A stretch of DNA of 64,000 nt. Origin: Rhodosorus marinus CCMP1338. Its lineage: Eukaryota; Plantae; Rhodophyta. Each line of letters starts with the position of its first letter. Position 1 is the stretch's first letter. Shown piece by piece: positions 24,453 through 36,155 of this stretch. The position numbers and the translations under genes are program-made. Below the pieces are notes generated by a model, which made no database searches, was not told the origin of the DNA, and saw only the letters and a list, made by a program, of their open reading frames with translations. The stretch is from contig JAMWBK010000011.1 in assembly GCA_029953675.1 (NCBI GenBank), positions 620,001-684,000 of the forward strand. Reading direction: 5' to 3'.

Positions 24453-26013
24453 ATTGACACATTCGAACACCAGTCAACCCCAAATCCACGCGCTCCTACC
24501 GCCTCTGGAAAACCACACAACTTCCCTCTCCATCCTCACAAACGCCGACCAGAAGAAGAAACTGGAAAGCCAAAGCCCAGCCTCCTGAACCGAGCAAACT
24601 CTCTCTCTCTCTCTCTCTGTCTTCAGAAACAAAGAGCCAGCAACTGAATCGGCTTCCGCCTTCGCTGTAGTGGGAAAGTGTCCGGTTTGATTGAAAGGGG
24701 AAGAACCGACTTTCCTGAAGCCTCCGATCGCCTTCAACGTGTGACCCTCGGGCTAAGTACTATCAGCAAAGTTTTAGCTGACCCGCGTGGTCAGACTCGC
24801 CGCTGGAGCAGAGCTCCCAACGGCAGAGACAGTTCACGTTCCTGACTCTTTCGACAAAAGAAACAATGTATAAATCCGGAAGGGTTCTGTCTTCGTTTCA
24901 ATCTCCCAGGCGCTCCCCGATCAGCTTCTTGCAAAGCATTTCTGTGGGAAACTGTCTATCTGACCACCCTGGGTAGCAACGCTAATGCTCTTGGGTTTCC
25001 TAGGACGAACGTAGCCATACCGTGGATGCTCCTTTCTCATCTCAGAAAGCGAGGAAAACCGGTGGCGCGTTCTCTATCACAAGATTTGCTATCGGAATCA
25101 ACGATTTAGCACAGCCAGAGAATTGGACAGAGGATTCCTATAAGGTTTACTGGAATCCTATCCGGAATCGGCTATTTAGTTTTGGGACACCGGATGAAGA
25201 CTATGTAGACGACTCTGGAGCGGATGGCTGGCACCCAAGCTGTCATCAATGTGACCTCCAGTCAGTGTCTGGAACGGACAGTTGGATTATTGTGATAATT
25301 ATTCGATCTTTTTCCGGTCTAGAGTTGAGGGCCTCGTGGTCAGGATTTGGAGAGCACCTAAGCGATGCTCTCCATCTGAAAAGCGACTGTAGTTTTAGCT
25401 GCAGATGTTGAGCGTTGATGTTGGATGAACGCGGCTTGGGGATGAATCGGAAACAGGCCTGCCTTCCACCCATTGCTGAGAGGGCTTTTCATCCGAAAGT
25501 TTCCAAGCTTTTCGGGCTTGAAGCGTTATAGTCCATAGTTTGCTGGTCATGAGTATCTCATGTCTGTTTTTGAGAGCTTATGTGCTGACCAGCCTCACAA
25601 TCTCAACTGAGTTTTCGAAATAACACATCGTAAAGGGAAAAGACAGCCTGTTCTTACAATGTCAGGCATTTTAATAATAAGCATACAATCGGGCCCTTGA
25701 TATACAATAATTCTGCGTTCTCAAATCATGAAAATCGCCGGAATGCACAAGCCTCGAAGCCTTTGGACGAGCTACGACAACGAAGAGCGTCCTTCGACTC
25801 AGCCTTCCGCCTTGTGTATGAAAAGAGAGAACGATTGGCCACCATCGTTCGAAAAGAGGGGAAGAAGTTCTCCAACAAAGCGCACTATCCAACGTGTACT
25901 TTGCCCTTGAACGTCAAGCTTCAGAATCCACTGCCCTGTACCTGATCTGCAGTCAGTGTAGTTCGCTTGGGCCATTCTGTACGTCTCGAAGGATTCCTTC
26001 GGTTTCTCCTCTG

Positions 26014-26700
26014 TTACACGCTCACGTTCGTTGCGGGGTTTGTTTCTACCGAGGCCAGGCTGGGTTCTGCTACGGTCCCCTTGGGATCTTCGTGGATCAA
26101 CGACCGTCTCCTGGCTAACTTCTGGAACGCGCTTCCTTGCTCCTGTTCTGAAATAAACTCTTGTTTGCAGATTGGGCAGTCTATTACTCCCCGCGTGAAA
26201 ACCCACTTTGATATGCATTTGAGATGGTACGCATGTTGGCACTTGGGCGCAATAAAGATGTCTCTAGTTTCAACATTCTCCGAAAATTCATCCAAGCATA
26301 TGCTGCACAGCTCCTCCCCATCGCACCATTCGTCCGGTTTGCTCCAGCTCAAGTTTCTCAGACACTGGACGAAGCGCGGTGCACAACAAGATAAGGTTAG
26401 AAAGGTCAACAAGTTATATTCACATTTCAGCAAGAGCTACCAGCATGCATGACTTACATCATCCACAAGCTCCGGAGTCACCTCAATTGTCTTTGATGGT
26501 CCAGCGGAGGTATTTCCCTCCTCCAAATCGTCAATGCTCAAGACATAAACATCATCCTCAATTCTCTCCGGCATGCTGACCTCCCACTCCCTTTGCCGTC
26601 TCCTGAATCCATTGAAGTAAATGTGCCTAACCATCCCCACCAAAAACACGGCAATCGCCACACCAAACACGGCGACAAACAACTGAAGATACGCGTTCAT
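26014..26700 (-). CDS. TM + RING-H2 (ATL-like) paralog 10, ~197 aa
   Basis: Exon 1 26700-26458; intron 26457-26365 (GTAAGT...CTAAC...TCCAG, 93 nt); exon 2 26364-26014 with CSIC-x18-CQHAYHLKC-ISKW-x8-CPIC. Confidence 0.92.
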
Positions 26701-26705
26701 TATCT

Positions 26706-26762
26706 CGCCAAAAAGCAACAACTAAGCGTCGCCAAAAAGCAACAACTAAGCGTCACCAAAAA
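26706..26762. repeat. 24-bp perfect tandem duplication immediately upstream of paralog 10 ATG
   Basis: CGCCAAAAAGCAACAACTAAGCGT at 26706-26729 and 26730-26753, plus a partial third copy. Confidence 0.9.
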
Positions 26763-29302
26763 CAATGATAAATCCAAGATCTCTTCCTCAAAACACCCGC
26801 CCTCGTCCTTTCCCAAAACCTCAAAACCAAACTACCTTCCCAACCCCCCTACCATTAACCGACAGTCAGTTTCCGTTCAAAAACGAAGCCAAAACAACAA
26901 CCTCTCACCCACTCCAAACTTAGCACCCTCTTCCCCCCGTCACCGTCCAAACTTCCAACCCCAAAACTTCCTTGCCCTTCAGATAAAAAAAAAGAAGTTG
27001 AGGAGCTAAGAAAAATTCTAAACTCCTCCCCCTCCCAGAAACCAAACTCCCCCCACAACCACCTCCTCCGAACCAAAATTTCTAACCAGGCACCCCCTTC
27101 CCACTCCCATACCTTCCCTGTCCCCTCTCCCAGACCCTCCTCAACACCGACGCTCTCTACTGACCACCACCATCGTCTTCGAAGCTCTTTTCGTTCGCCA
27201 CCACACTTCCAAAATCTTCTGCTCAGCAAACAAAAATCCCTTCCAATTCTCCTCCTAAACAAAACAAAAAACGGCCCCAAAACACGATATCCAAAATGAT
27301 GAAAAAATGGAAAAATATCAATACCAAAAAGCTTGCAAAAAACATCCTCATCATCGAATAGCCTGACAATATTGACAAAACCCCCCCTGGACAACGGAAC
27401 CTCTCTAGATCCCAAAGGCTGCCGCTTGCCGGGCTGGGGGGAAAGGAGGTGGAGGAACGGGAGAGGAAAAACAAAAAGGCAACAATACAAACCGCGAACG
27501 TTTATGAGAAGAAGAAGGAACCTTCTGTTCTTTTTTCCTCCCTTCCTCCTCCCACCCAGAAGCTTCAAGGTGCTTGCTGTCTTTCGTCTGTCCACGATAG
27601 TGCTCTCCCCGGCTCTCTGTTCCCTTTTGCCCGAGACAGAAGTTTCTGAGCGGAATAATCAATCAATAAAGCCGGTATTCAGTCAAGTTGTTTCTTATCG
27701 TATTATCCTTATACACATCTTAATTTACTGTGGTATAATATGGTTTTTTAATTTTTATGAATTGATACGTGTTAAACGGTACGGGGTAGGGATATTGCCT
27801 CGCCAAAATGTCAACTTCTGTTTAGAAAATAAATTGAAGATATCCAAATTTGGCTTCTTTTTTTTCATCGTGAGGGATCGAGGTCTTGGTTTTTATTTGG
27901 TTTTTTGATTATATGCTGACGATTGAAAAGGAAATAAAATTAGCTGTTTCGTCGGATTGAGTATCTTGATCGGTCTGTTCCTTTGTCCCGGAGCCGTAAG
28001 ATATCTTCCCACCTCTGCTGCCGCTGGTTCAATACGGCGAGTGAAGGGGTACTTAGTACGACTGAGGCGATGACTCATCCAAATTTTCGGGGCTCTGCGC
28101 TGTCTCATCCGGGGGTTTGTACCGCTTGATCATCGGGTGTTTTTCGTCTTTTAGACGGTGTTGCTATCTCGACGGCTTCGTCGTGTTTTTCTCAATGCTC
28201 CCCCTTTACGCCCGGACATCTTGAAAGCCTCCTCACGGTGCTGTGTCTGACTCTCTTCCGTTCGACGCGCGCGTCATCATCCCTCCCTGTCCGCCTCTTC
28301 AGGGTTCATGGTGTTGGAATTCTGGTTCTGGCATTGAATAGTGATCATTTCTGAGTTTGACAGATTATTATCCTCAACTCCATGGTTTTTCTGTATGCAC
28401 ATTCATGTTAGCAACCATAATATCCGAGTCCGAGTACTGATAGTAGGGATTAGAGGAGACGAAAGAAGAAGAGGGTAAAGGCAAAAGTTGAGATTCTTGA
28501 GACGCGTGAGTTCTTCAGTCGCTTGTATCTATTGCATATTAGTGTGAGCTTCACCATCGGATCGCATAGAACGATTAGTGGGAAAGGAGTTTCACGAAAG
28601 CGTCATTTGTTCGTGTCGAACCCTCCTTCCCCGGCAATTTTGGAACGCGAAGTTTCATCAGATATTGCCTGAAGGTTTCTATTAAGCTCAGATACACTTC
28701 TGTCGTACTGCTTATAACTTGGCCCCTTGACATAGAGGTCGGATCAAAAATCACCGCGTTTTCCAAACACTGTCCGCGCTCTTCACGCTCTGAATTAATT
28801 GATTGTTGTTGATATGTCCCCAGAAAAGAGTAGTATATAATAATATTTGTTATATTTATTTCTTCCTCGAAATATATTTTGGAAGAAAAACAATAGAACC
28901 ACCTACTTAATGATTGAAAAAGAAATATATGGTTTAGTTGAAAAAAAAAGACTCGGATATTTTGATGAAATAGTGAGTCTCTTGTTGTTAGTATGTTTTA
29001 CTAAGTAGTACTAGTGAGGGGGAACTCTGCTTTCCAAGTTCGGAGCTAGTGGGACGGCCGGAAAGAGAGTGACAATGGCTGTTTTGAAGTGTGGGGCAGT
29101 TTAGGTCACGACATGTTTCTCTTTATCGATTTTGGATTGTGATTTCGATCGACAACGACTCTGAAATTCTGTATTTCGGATCTTGAGAGCTCCTTTGTGA
29201 CCTGAGAGTTTTAAGGGCTTTTGTTGAAGAGTTTGAGGGTTTGGTGGTTCGACGTTGTGTGTGTTTTTTTTTTTGGTGGGGGGGGGGCGGTTTGAGGAAA
29301 GG

Positions 29303-29539
29303 ATGCAGAAGTGGAGTGTAATTGCGGTGTGTGTTTTATCTTTGATGATCTTGTTGATGTTGAAGCCAATGCGGGATCAGTATCTTGAGCTTGTCGAACT
29401 GGAGGAGGAGTATGAAAGGGTCCAGCTCACGACTCAGGCTTACAGAATGTCCGTGCAGCAGTTTAATGATGATATACCGTTTGAGATTAGAGAACTTGAG
29501 CAGATGAAGCAGAGATTGCAAGTTGACTCGCAATCGTGA
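29303..29539 (+). CDS. Small signal-anchor + coiled-coil protein (stalk family member 1), 78 aa
   Basis: MQKWSVIAVCVLSLMILLMLK hydrophobic segment, then E/Q-rich heptad-like sequence. A downstream exon cannot be excluded. Confidence 0.5.
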   Translation: MQKWSVIAVCVLSLMILLMLKPMRDQYLELVELEEEYERVQLTTQAYRMSVQQFNDDIPFEIRELEQMKQRLQVDSQS

Positions 29540-30920
29540 GGTAGTTTGTGACCTCGTTGATGAGAACAACTGAATTTGAAGATCTCGTTGCTGCGTGCGT
29601 GAAGCTAGGGTGAACTGGAATCCTCAAAGAGTGTACATTTAAGCGTTGGAGCGGAAAGTTCACCCGAGATTCAATAAAGTTGTCTTCAAGTCGAATCTAA
29701 TAGTTCGAGCAAGACGTTCCGGTTCCCTCCACATTCAATTCCCTAGCTAACACTGGTTGGTAGATGAGTCATTCACCGGGCTTAAGCGGATTACAAATTC
29801 AGTGTTGCTCCGATCTATGCTCCTTTTGGGGTGTCCCTTCGAACCTAGGAGAGGCGAGAAACGCTTGTGAAATGAAATTCGAAAGATCTTGAACCCACCA
29901 TGAAGATTGCAACAAGTTGCCAGTCGCGGTAAAGCCCCCGTGTTGCATTACGGGGCATCTACTTGACTTGGTCAGCATTGCCTGTTCGCGTGTGTCCCTC
30001 TTACGTGTAAAATATTTACATGAGCGAGCTGGTGTATCCGCAGATCTACTAGAAAAAAAAGGGGCCGCAAAGGACCTTAGCTAGAGGCCTCAACCGACGA
30101 GAAACAAATGTCGTTGGCCGTCGGTGGTTCACCTGAGGTCGCCAGCAGCACCAGACCACTCCGTTTTCTATTCGAGTATCCTGAATTGCTGTGTACAGTA
30201 TTTGGGCACAAGCGCGAGCCTGATGACGATGACGAGGATCGGGTACCTAACCAACAAAACTCGTAAGTTGACGAGGACGAGCGATCTGAGGAATCAGGCG
30301 AGGACAAGGCAACCACTCTAGCTTAACAAACACTAAAAGCCTATTAACGATAGACTAGAATTTTAAAAATGAAGACTAAACCCGCCCAGTTAGCACACTT
30401 AGTCTAGCAGACACGTACGTCGCGCTGCTCAAACGTTTTCGAGAGCTTTAGGTGGACGTGCGGATTCGTTTAGGAAGGTCGCGAAGAGCGCCGGGGGGTC
30501 CAATTGTTGCTGTGAGGTAGATCGATGTTGGAAAAATTCCTTTGGAGCCTTCATCGATTGTTTTGGTTGGTGTTCCTAGTCTGACGTGTTGTGCTACGGT
30601 ACATCTTCTGGGCTCGCCTTACCCACCATTAGAGGAAGCCGCGTTTGGATTGAGGGAGCGGAGGATCTTCGGGTTTGAGAAAGTTTGCTTGTTGTTGTGT
30701 ACAGTGATAAAGTGCTCGCTTCGAATTTTCTTCCGAATTCCTTTGTCTTGACTTCTGAAGTTCGTCGTGTGCTGTTCATCTGTGGATTGGGGATTGGAGA
30801 TCGATTGTTGGATCCGGGTCCGAGCTGAAACGGAATAGTTCGGCTTTAAGTTGCGAAGCTAGCGTTGCCCGTGGTTTAATTTTCTTTTGTGTGTAAGTGG
30901 GGGGGCGCCCGAGGTACAAA

Positions 30921-31349
30921 ATGGCTGTTCCGTTGAAGAAGAAAGGGCAACCTAGGGAGAGGCTCATCGTGGTTGCTCTTGCATGCGTCTTGTTGTTGAT
31001 GTTTATCAAGTACCAGCTGAACTCCTCCCGAGCACGCTTCATTGTGAGTGACTTGCAGTTGTTGAAGATGGAGTCTGTAGGACATGAAGAGTCGATCAGT
31101 AAGCTTCGGGTTCAGTGGTGGAATGCCCATAAAGAACTGGAAAAGCTGCAAAAGGAGGAGAGGACTGGGAGGAAGGCAAGTAGAAAACCGCCAAACCTTG
31201 TCGTTCCAAAACCCCAAGAAAATCAGAAAGCGGCCCAAGCACAAGCAAAAGCTGAAGCCGATGCTGCAGCTCAACCGGAGGGAGCCGCAGACAAGCCCGC
31301 GGAGGTGGCCAATGACCTGGGAGCCGGTGATGCGCTTCCGAACGCATAA
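30921..31349 (+). CDS. Type-II membrane coiled-coil protein (stalk family member 2), 142 aa
   Basis: MAVPLKKK basic tail, TM LIVVALACVLLLMFI, coiled coil containing VGHEESISKLRVQ, A/E/P-rich tail; clear paralog of 31899-32348. Confidence 0.8.
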   Translation: MAVPLKKKGQPRERLIVVALACVLLLMFIKYQLNSSRARFIVSDLQLLKMESVGHEESISKLRVQWWNAHKELEKLQKEERTGRKASRKPPNLVVPKPQENQKAAQAQAKAEADAAAQPEGAADKPAEVANDLGAGDALPNA

Positions 31350-31898
31350 GTCGTTCTATCCCTGGCCAGCTTACCTTTTTACAAACACCGCTTGCGCCTT
31401 TTGAATCGATTGAAACGAGAGTAAATGTTTATAAACGCAATAACGTTACATACTGTGCAAACAAAACCCAATAGCTTTTCACGTCTTCGAAGATGACAGC
31501 TGTCCCCCGCCTCGGGCCAATTTTCGGGTTTTCGTTCCATCCAATGTTACAAAGGGGAACAGTCACTCTTCTAAAGTGGCGGTTCGAAAAGGAAAATCTG
31601 TTGCTGTTGCTCGGGCCGAGGGCGATAGATTGCTTGCTATGACTCCTGGCCGCACTGGTTAACGTTCGGGCAGGAGAGGTGCCATTGGAAAGCGGAAGAC
31701 CTCATGTTCGAGGATTTATGTATCTGTGCACAGGCGTATCCTTTTGAAAGTTTCTAGGATCTCGTTTGTTTGGGGAGGAGTGAGGGCCTGGACTGTTGTT
31801 TTTTGTTGTTGTTTTTTTCTCTTCGCGAGCTATTTGGTTGATCAGTGTTGATATTGAAAGGCGTCAAGGGGAAGGCAGGGGTTTAGGTTGGAGAAAAT

Positions 31899-32348
31899 AT
31901 GGCTGTGCCTTTAAAGAAGCGCACGCTCATACAGGAGCAACTAATGGTGGCAGTCTTGGTGGGTACTTTGTTGATGATGGTGGCGAGTTACTGGGTGAAA
32001 GCCAGCAGGATACACTTTGTTGGGCAAGAAATGGAGAGGTTTAAGGTGGAGAACGTTGGCCATGAGGAGTCGATCAGTAATCTTCGGGTTCAATATCAAA
32101 GAAATCATTGGGAGCTGGATAAATTGAAAAAGCACCTGAAGAGTAGGCCTGGGATGGCTCTGGATACAAGCGGGAAGACGAGAGACGAGCATGCCCCACT
32201 TGCTGCGGAAGGGGCTGCTGAAACCGGAGCAAAAGCAAAAGCGAACGCTGCCGACCCGCCTGTGAGGGTTGATCAGGTTGTCAACGACGCCTCAAAGGAT
32301 TTCGTTGATGAGACTATTGTGAGAGAAGCAGTCGATGCCAACGTCTAA
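31899..32348 (+). CDS. Type-II membrane coiled-coil protein (stalk family member 3), 149 aa
   Basis: MAVPLKKR tail, TM LMVAVLVGTLLMMVASYW, VGHEESISNLRVQ coiled coil. Confidence 0.8.
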   Translation: MAVPLKKRTLIQEQLMVAVLVGTLLMMVASYWVKASRIHFVGQEMERFKVENVGHEESISNLRVQYQRNHWELDKLKKHLKSRPGMALDTSGKTRDEHAPLAAEGAAETGAKAKANAADPPVRVDQVVNDASKDFVDETIVREAVDANV

Positions 32349-33630
32349 GACACACATATTAAGTAATACGAATGTTGGTTCCCTGCCTGATTGTATTGGA
32401 CTACCCTCATCGAATCTCCGTGCAAGAAGGCCTGCTGAAACTGTAAGTGGAAAACCATAAGACTACCAGCCGAGATTCTATAGAGAGAGTTCGGCGGCCG
32501 AGAAACCCTCAGCACATGTTGAAACGTCGCGCTCTCCCGCCCTGGAGGAGGAGAATGAGCTAGTCACGAGCCAATCTCCCGTTGTATTATCTTATCGACA
32601 ATGAGACCCCAATGGAAATACTACTGAACGGAATATATATAACGCCAATAAAGAGTTTTCCATTCGATTCGACCTTTGCAACGGCACTTCGAAAATAGTA
32701 CACACGACCATCTGCGCACTATAGGACCGTACCTAATTTTGCCTAGGAAGCACACAATTCCTGTACTGCGTCTGATATTGTCAGAGATGCATTGGTCCCG
32801 GCATTCGCTTGACGAGAGGCGGACAACCCTAGTCCTAGTTCAAACTTTTGGCGGAAAGTTTGAAAAGTTTCTCACCACCCCAAACCATAAAATGAAACTT
32901 TTTAACAGGATCATCAGTTTTGATAAAATAAGGACACGTGCAATGTTTTTATTGTCATTTTGTCAACAAGTGGCAATAAATCTCCAATTTTAAACATTTA
33001 TTCATCCACAATATATTGTATATCATGATATTAATAAAATGATACTATATCGTTTAGCTAAATAATAAAACATATACATATATATATCCACTTTTTGAAA
33101 TATATTTGTACTACATAAAATATTTTTGAATTATTTCCAAAAGCATATATATATTGATTGAAAATACGACACGTTAAAACACTAAAAGAGTGTTTTGTCG
33201 ATCGTTGACTAATGGCTCCAAAATATAAACTAAAAGCATTTACATAGTCTTGTATTAAGATTAATAATAAGAATATGTACAGTCCGCTCTCTAGGCGGAA
33301 AACAATTGGATTTAGGATGAATTGTATTTTTTGAAAATATTTTATTTAGATCGTTAAGGACACGCTGTCCTAATGTTTCGGAGGTGTTTCGTTCAGTAGT
33401 TTAGCACTACTTACGATGCTCAATGTATCGGCGTTGGGAGTGGACAGGGTTTGGAAGTGGAGGGGAGGATCGATTTGGGGAGGTACGGCATTTCTTTGGT
33501 AGGCTTGAGGTTGTTATTTGGCGCTTTTATGTGTTGACTGTTGGGCTACTGGTCTCGGACAGCTTTTGCCGAAGTTGTGTGTGGCGGTGTTGACGTTGTT
33601 GAGGTGGTTTTTTGCCTTTCCTTTGCAAAT

Positions 33631-34173
33631 ATGAATGCGCATAGGAAGAATGGAAGAGTGATGCGGGATATTCTGTTGGTGGGAACATTGGGCACGGTGT
33701 TCGTGGTTATGTGCTCGCTGTTCCTGATGAGAAGTTCACGTGTGAGCTATTTGCAAGTGACGATTCCAACAGCGGAGGTGGAGCGCGCGGCGGTCCAGAA
33801 GCAAATTTTGGATCTTCAAAGGGACATGAAAAAGGTTCAGTATGAGAAAACGTGGCTCGTGAGGAAGGAAAAACAGCTAGAAGAGAAAATAAAAGTTTCC
33901 GCAGCCCAAGCAAAGGCTAGGGAGGAGAAGAAGAGAATGGAAGCAGAAATTTTAGAGGAAGCGAAAAAGCTTGAGCACGACCACACGTTCGAAAAGGGAA
34001 AGGAAGAAAATGAAGACTACGCATACGATGAGTACGAAGAAGATGAGGAGGATGAGGAGGATGAGGAGGATGAGGAGGATGAGGAGGATGAGGAGGATGA
34101 GGATGATGATTACGATGAAGACGATTATGATGAAGACGATTATGATGAAGACGAAGAGGCAACGGATTACTGA
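33631..34173 (+). CDS. Type-II membrane coiled-coil protein with D/E-rich tail (stalk family member 4), 180 aa
   Basis: MNAHRKNGR tail, TM ILLVGTLGTVFVVMCSLFLM, long K/E coiled coil, then (DEE)6 and (YDEDD/E)3 repeats. Confidence 0.8.
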   Translation: MNAHRKNGRVMRDILLVGTLGTVFVVMCSLFLMRSSRVSYLQVTIPTAEVERAAVQKQILDLQRDMKKVQYEKTWLVRKEKQLEEKIKVSAAQAKAREEKKRMEAEILEEAKKLEHDHTFEKGKEENEDYAYDEYEEDEEDEEDEEDEEDEEDEEDEDDDYDEDDYDEDDYDEDEEATDY

Positions 34174-34480
34174 CTTTCAAGGGAAGAGAGAACACGAAGT
34201 GCGGTGGTTTGATTAACTTGCAACTTGAGGCTTCCAATACTTTGTCCGGGAAAGTTTCTGGGGAGGGAATCCTGCCCGAGAATAGTATCCGCAAAATTTC
34301 GTGGGTTTCTTCTTCCTTAATGATCTGAAAAGTACACTCTTTCCAGTCTTCCGATTTTTGATCATCGGCTGGTGTTCGGTCATTCCTAGTAAAATTGCTA
34401 GGAATCCGAGTCTGGGGCCTACCTGTGGCCAATTAGCAACATGGGATTCATCCACAAGGATGCGGGACCAGCAACAGGGT

Positions 34481-34808
34481 TGACCTTGGTGGTTGCAATA
34501 TTGTTGTTGGACACTGATCGACTCTTAACTGGTGCTTCTAATAGTGATATAGCTCCCTACAACGGTTGTCGATATACGTTCTGCCCCGGCCCCTCCCCCA
34601 GGGTTTGTATTGACCGTTTGAATAGAGCTGGCCGCAGGTTGTACAAAAGCCAACGCACGTCACTCGATGAGTTTGTAGGCGGTCGCCCTGGCTGTGGCGA
34701 TATATCAATGATGGGGCGGGAGGGACTGTTTAACCTTCGCCGTCTTTAAAATTTTTTTTTTGCCTTTTGGTCGGATCGTGCATCTTCTCTGCGTTTGGAG
34801 AGGTTCCA
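34481..34808 (+). repeat. ~325-bp direct repeat, copy 1
   Basis: Near-identical to 37317-37646: 2-3 substitutions and a 2-nt C-run difference, counted by eye. Confidence 0.95.
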
Positions 34809-35792
34809 CGAAGTCTTCACTCGAGGGCCTTGATACATTGTTGTGAGAACGAGTCGAACCACTACGACCTGCTATCCACTTCCTGAACTCTTGTAGAAAG
34901 GGGAGAGCTCAGAGGTACCAACACGACTAAGGGCAGAACCCTCCAGAGCTTCCTAAATATAATATGTACTGATCAACTACTGGCGTCGCGCTCCACGCTC
35001 CAAAACCTATGTGTTGTTAAAGAGCAGAACGAATTTAAGAGCAGCCAATGCAAGGTTCTGCTTACCCCTGCGGGCTTCCCCTTCTTCTCGTTAACTTGCT
35101 CCGCACCAGTGGTATGGAGATCAGCTCAGAACGACCCGTCCCGTAAAAGCCAGTTTGGCGTTCCAGACAAAACCAATCCGGGCAGAGCGTGACGCGAATC
35201 TTCAGCGTCAGGGCTCCGGAAGCAAGCCTAGGCCTGTTCCTTTCCAGGTCGTGGAAATGAAACAAGGGGTGATCACAAAGTGTCCTGAAACAGGAGATAA
35301 AAGACTGATCGAGCTTGAACATCGGCTGAAGACCGCGACAGACGAAATCGTAGCAACCCCAGCGGGTCTAATGCAAGTATGGAATTTTTGGTCTACTGAT
35401 GAAAACCTTTGAAAGCGAGGTTATTTGTATTTAATTTTAGAATAAAATAGATACAAAATTATGTTCTTTTATCTTAAGTTTTTAGATTGCTCCACAGCTT
35501 GAGTTCAAACGGCGGGTTTTAATGGGATGCTATCGTGGCTCCGACCGACCAAAGTCCAGGCAGAGAGGAGGGAATCTTCGCGAGGCGTTTCCGACCAAGG
35601 CCGTGAGCGATCTAGGCAACCCGATATAACACTGCCTAGTATAATACAACATCGGATTTCGCCGTGTCTGGAGGAGACTGAGGGTAGCATCTGTGACCTC
35701 GTCGTAGTAGGGAGCAGGATGGTTGTGCTGGGATAGTTCAGCTTGGTAGGGAAGTCCTCGTTGAAGCTTTCGAGGGCTTGGACCACAACAAT

Positions 35793-36155
35793 ATGGGTCT
35801 TCCTATGAAGAAAAGGTTGCTTCTCAGAGATATGGCTCTGGTGGGAACTTTGATGACGCTCCTGGTGTTCATGATTTCTCAGTTTTGGCTTCGAGGGCGG
35901 CGGATGGATGTCCTGGAGTCGGAAACAACGAAAATGGCCGAGGAGAGGAGAGAGCTGCTTGCGAAAATTGGGGAGCTGGGCCAAGCATTTGAAGACTTTC
36001 GAGAAGAAAAGGAATCCCTGAAAAGTAAGATTAGGGACGAGCACAAACGTCGAGCCGCAAAGGAGAATCCCAAAGAGAACCGGGGAACAACCGTGGTGGA
36101 TTTGGCACGAGCGCAAGCACAACGCCATCTGCAGCCTATTGATATTAACCTCTGA
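35793..36155 (+). CDS. Type-II membrane coiled-coil protein (stalk family member 5), 120 aa
   Basis: MGLPMKKR tail, TM MALVGTLMTLLVFMISQFWL (LVGTL shared with members 3 and 4), E/K-rich coiled coil. Confidence 0.8.
   Translation: MGLPMKKRLLLRDMALVGTLMTLLVFMISQFWLRGRRMDVLESETTKMAEERRELLAKIGELGQAFEDFREEKESLKSKIRDEHKRRAAKENPKENRGTTVVDLARAQAQRHLQPIDINL

Noticed and set aside
25022-25411. ORF with YVDDSGA, resembling a retroviral protease DSG motif
   Set aside because: Non-ATG start; no supporting gag or integrase motifs nearby.
26855-27908. Long ORFs (246 aa minus, 191 aa plus)
   Set aside because: Non-ATG starts, compositionally biased upstream DNA and no recognisable motifs.
30087-30322. Acidic reading frame (PDDDDED...VDEDERSEES) between stalk genes
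   Set aside because: Internal stop and no start or TM; at best a remnant.
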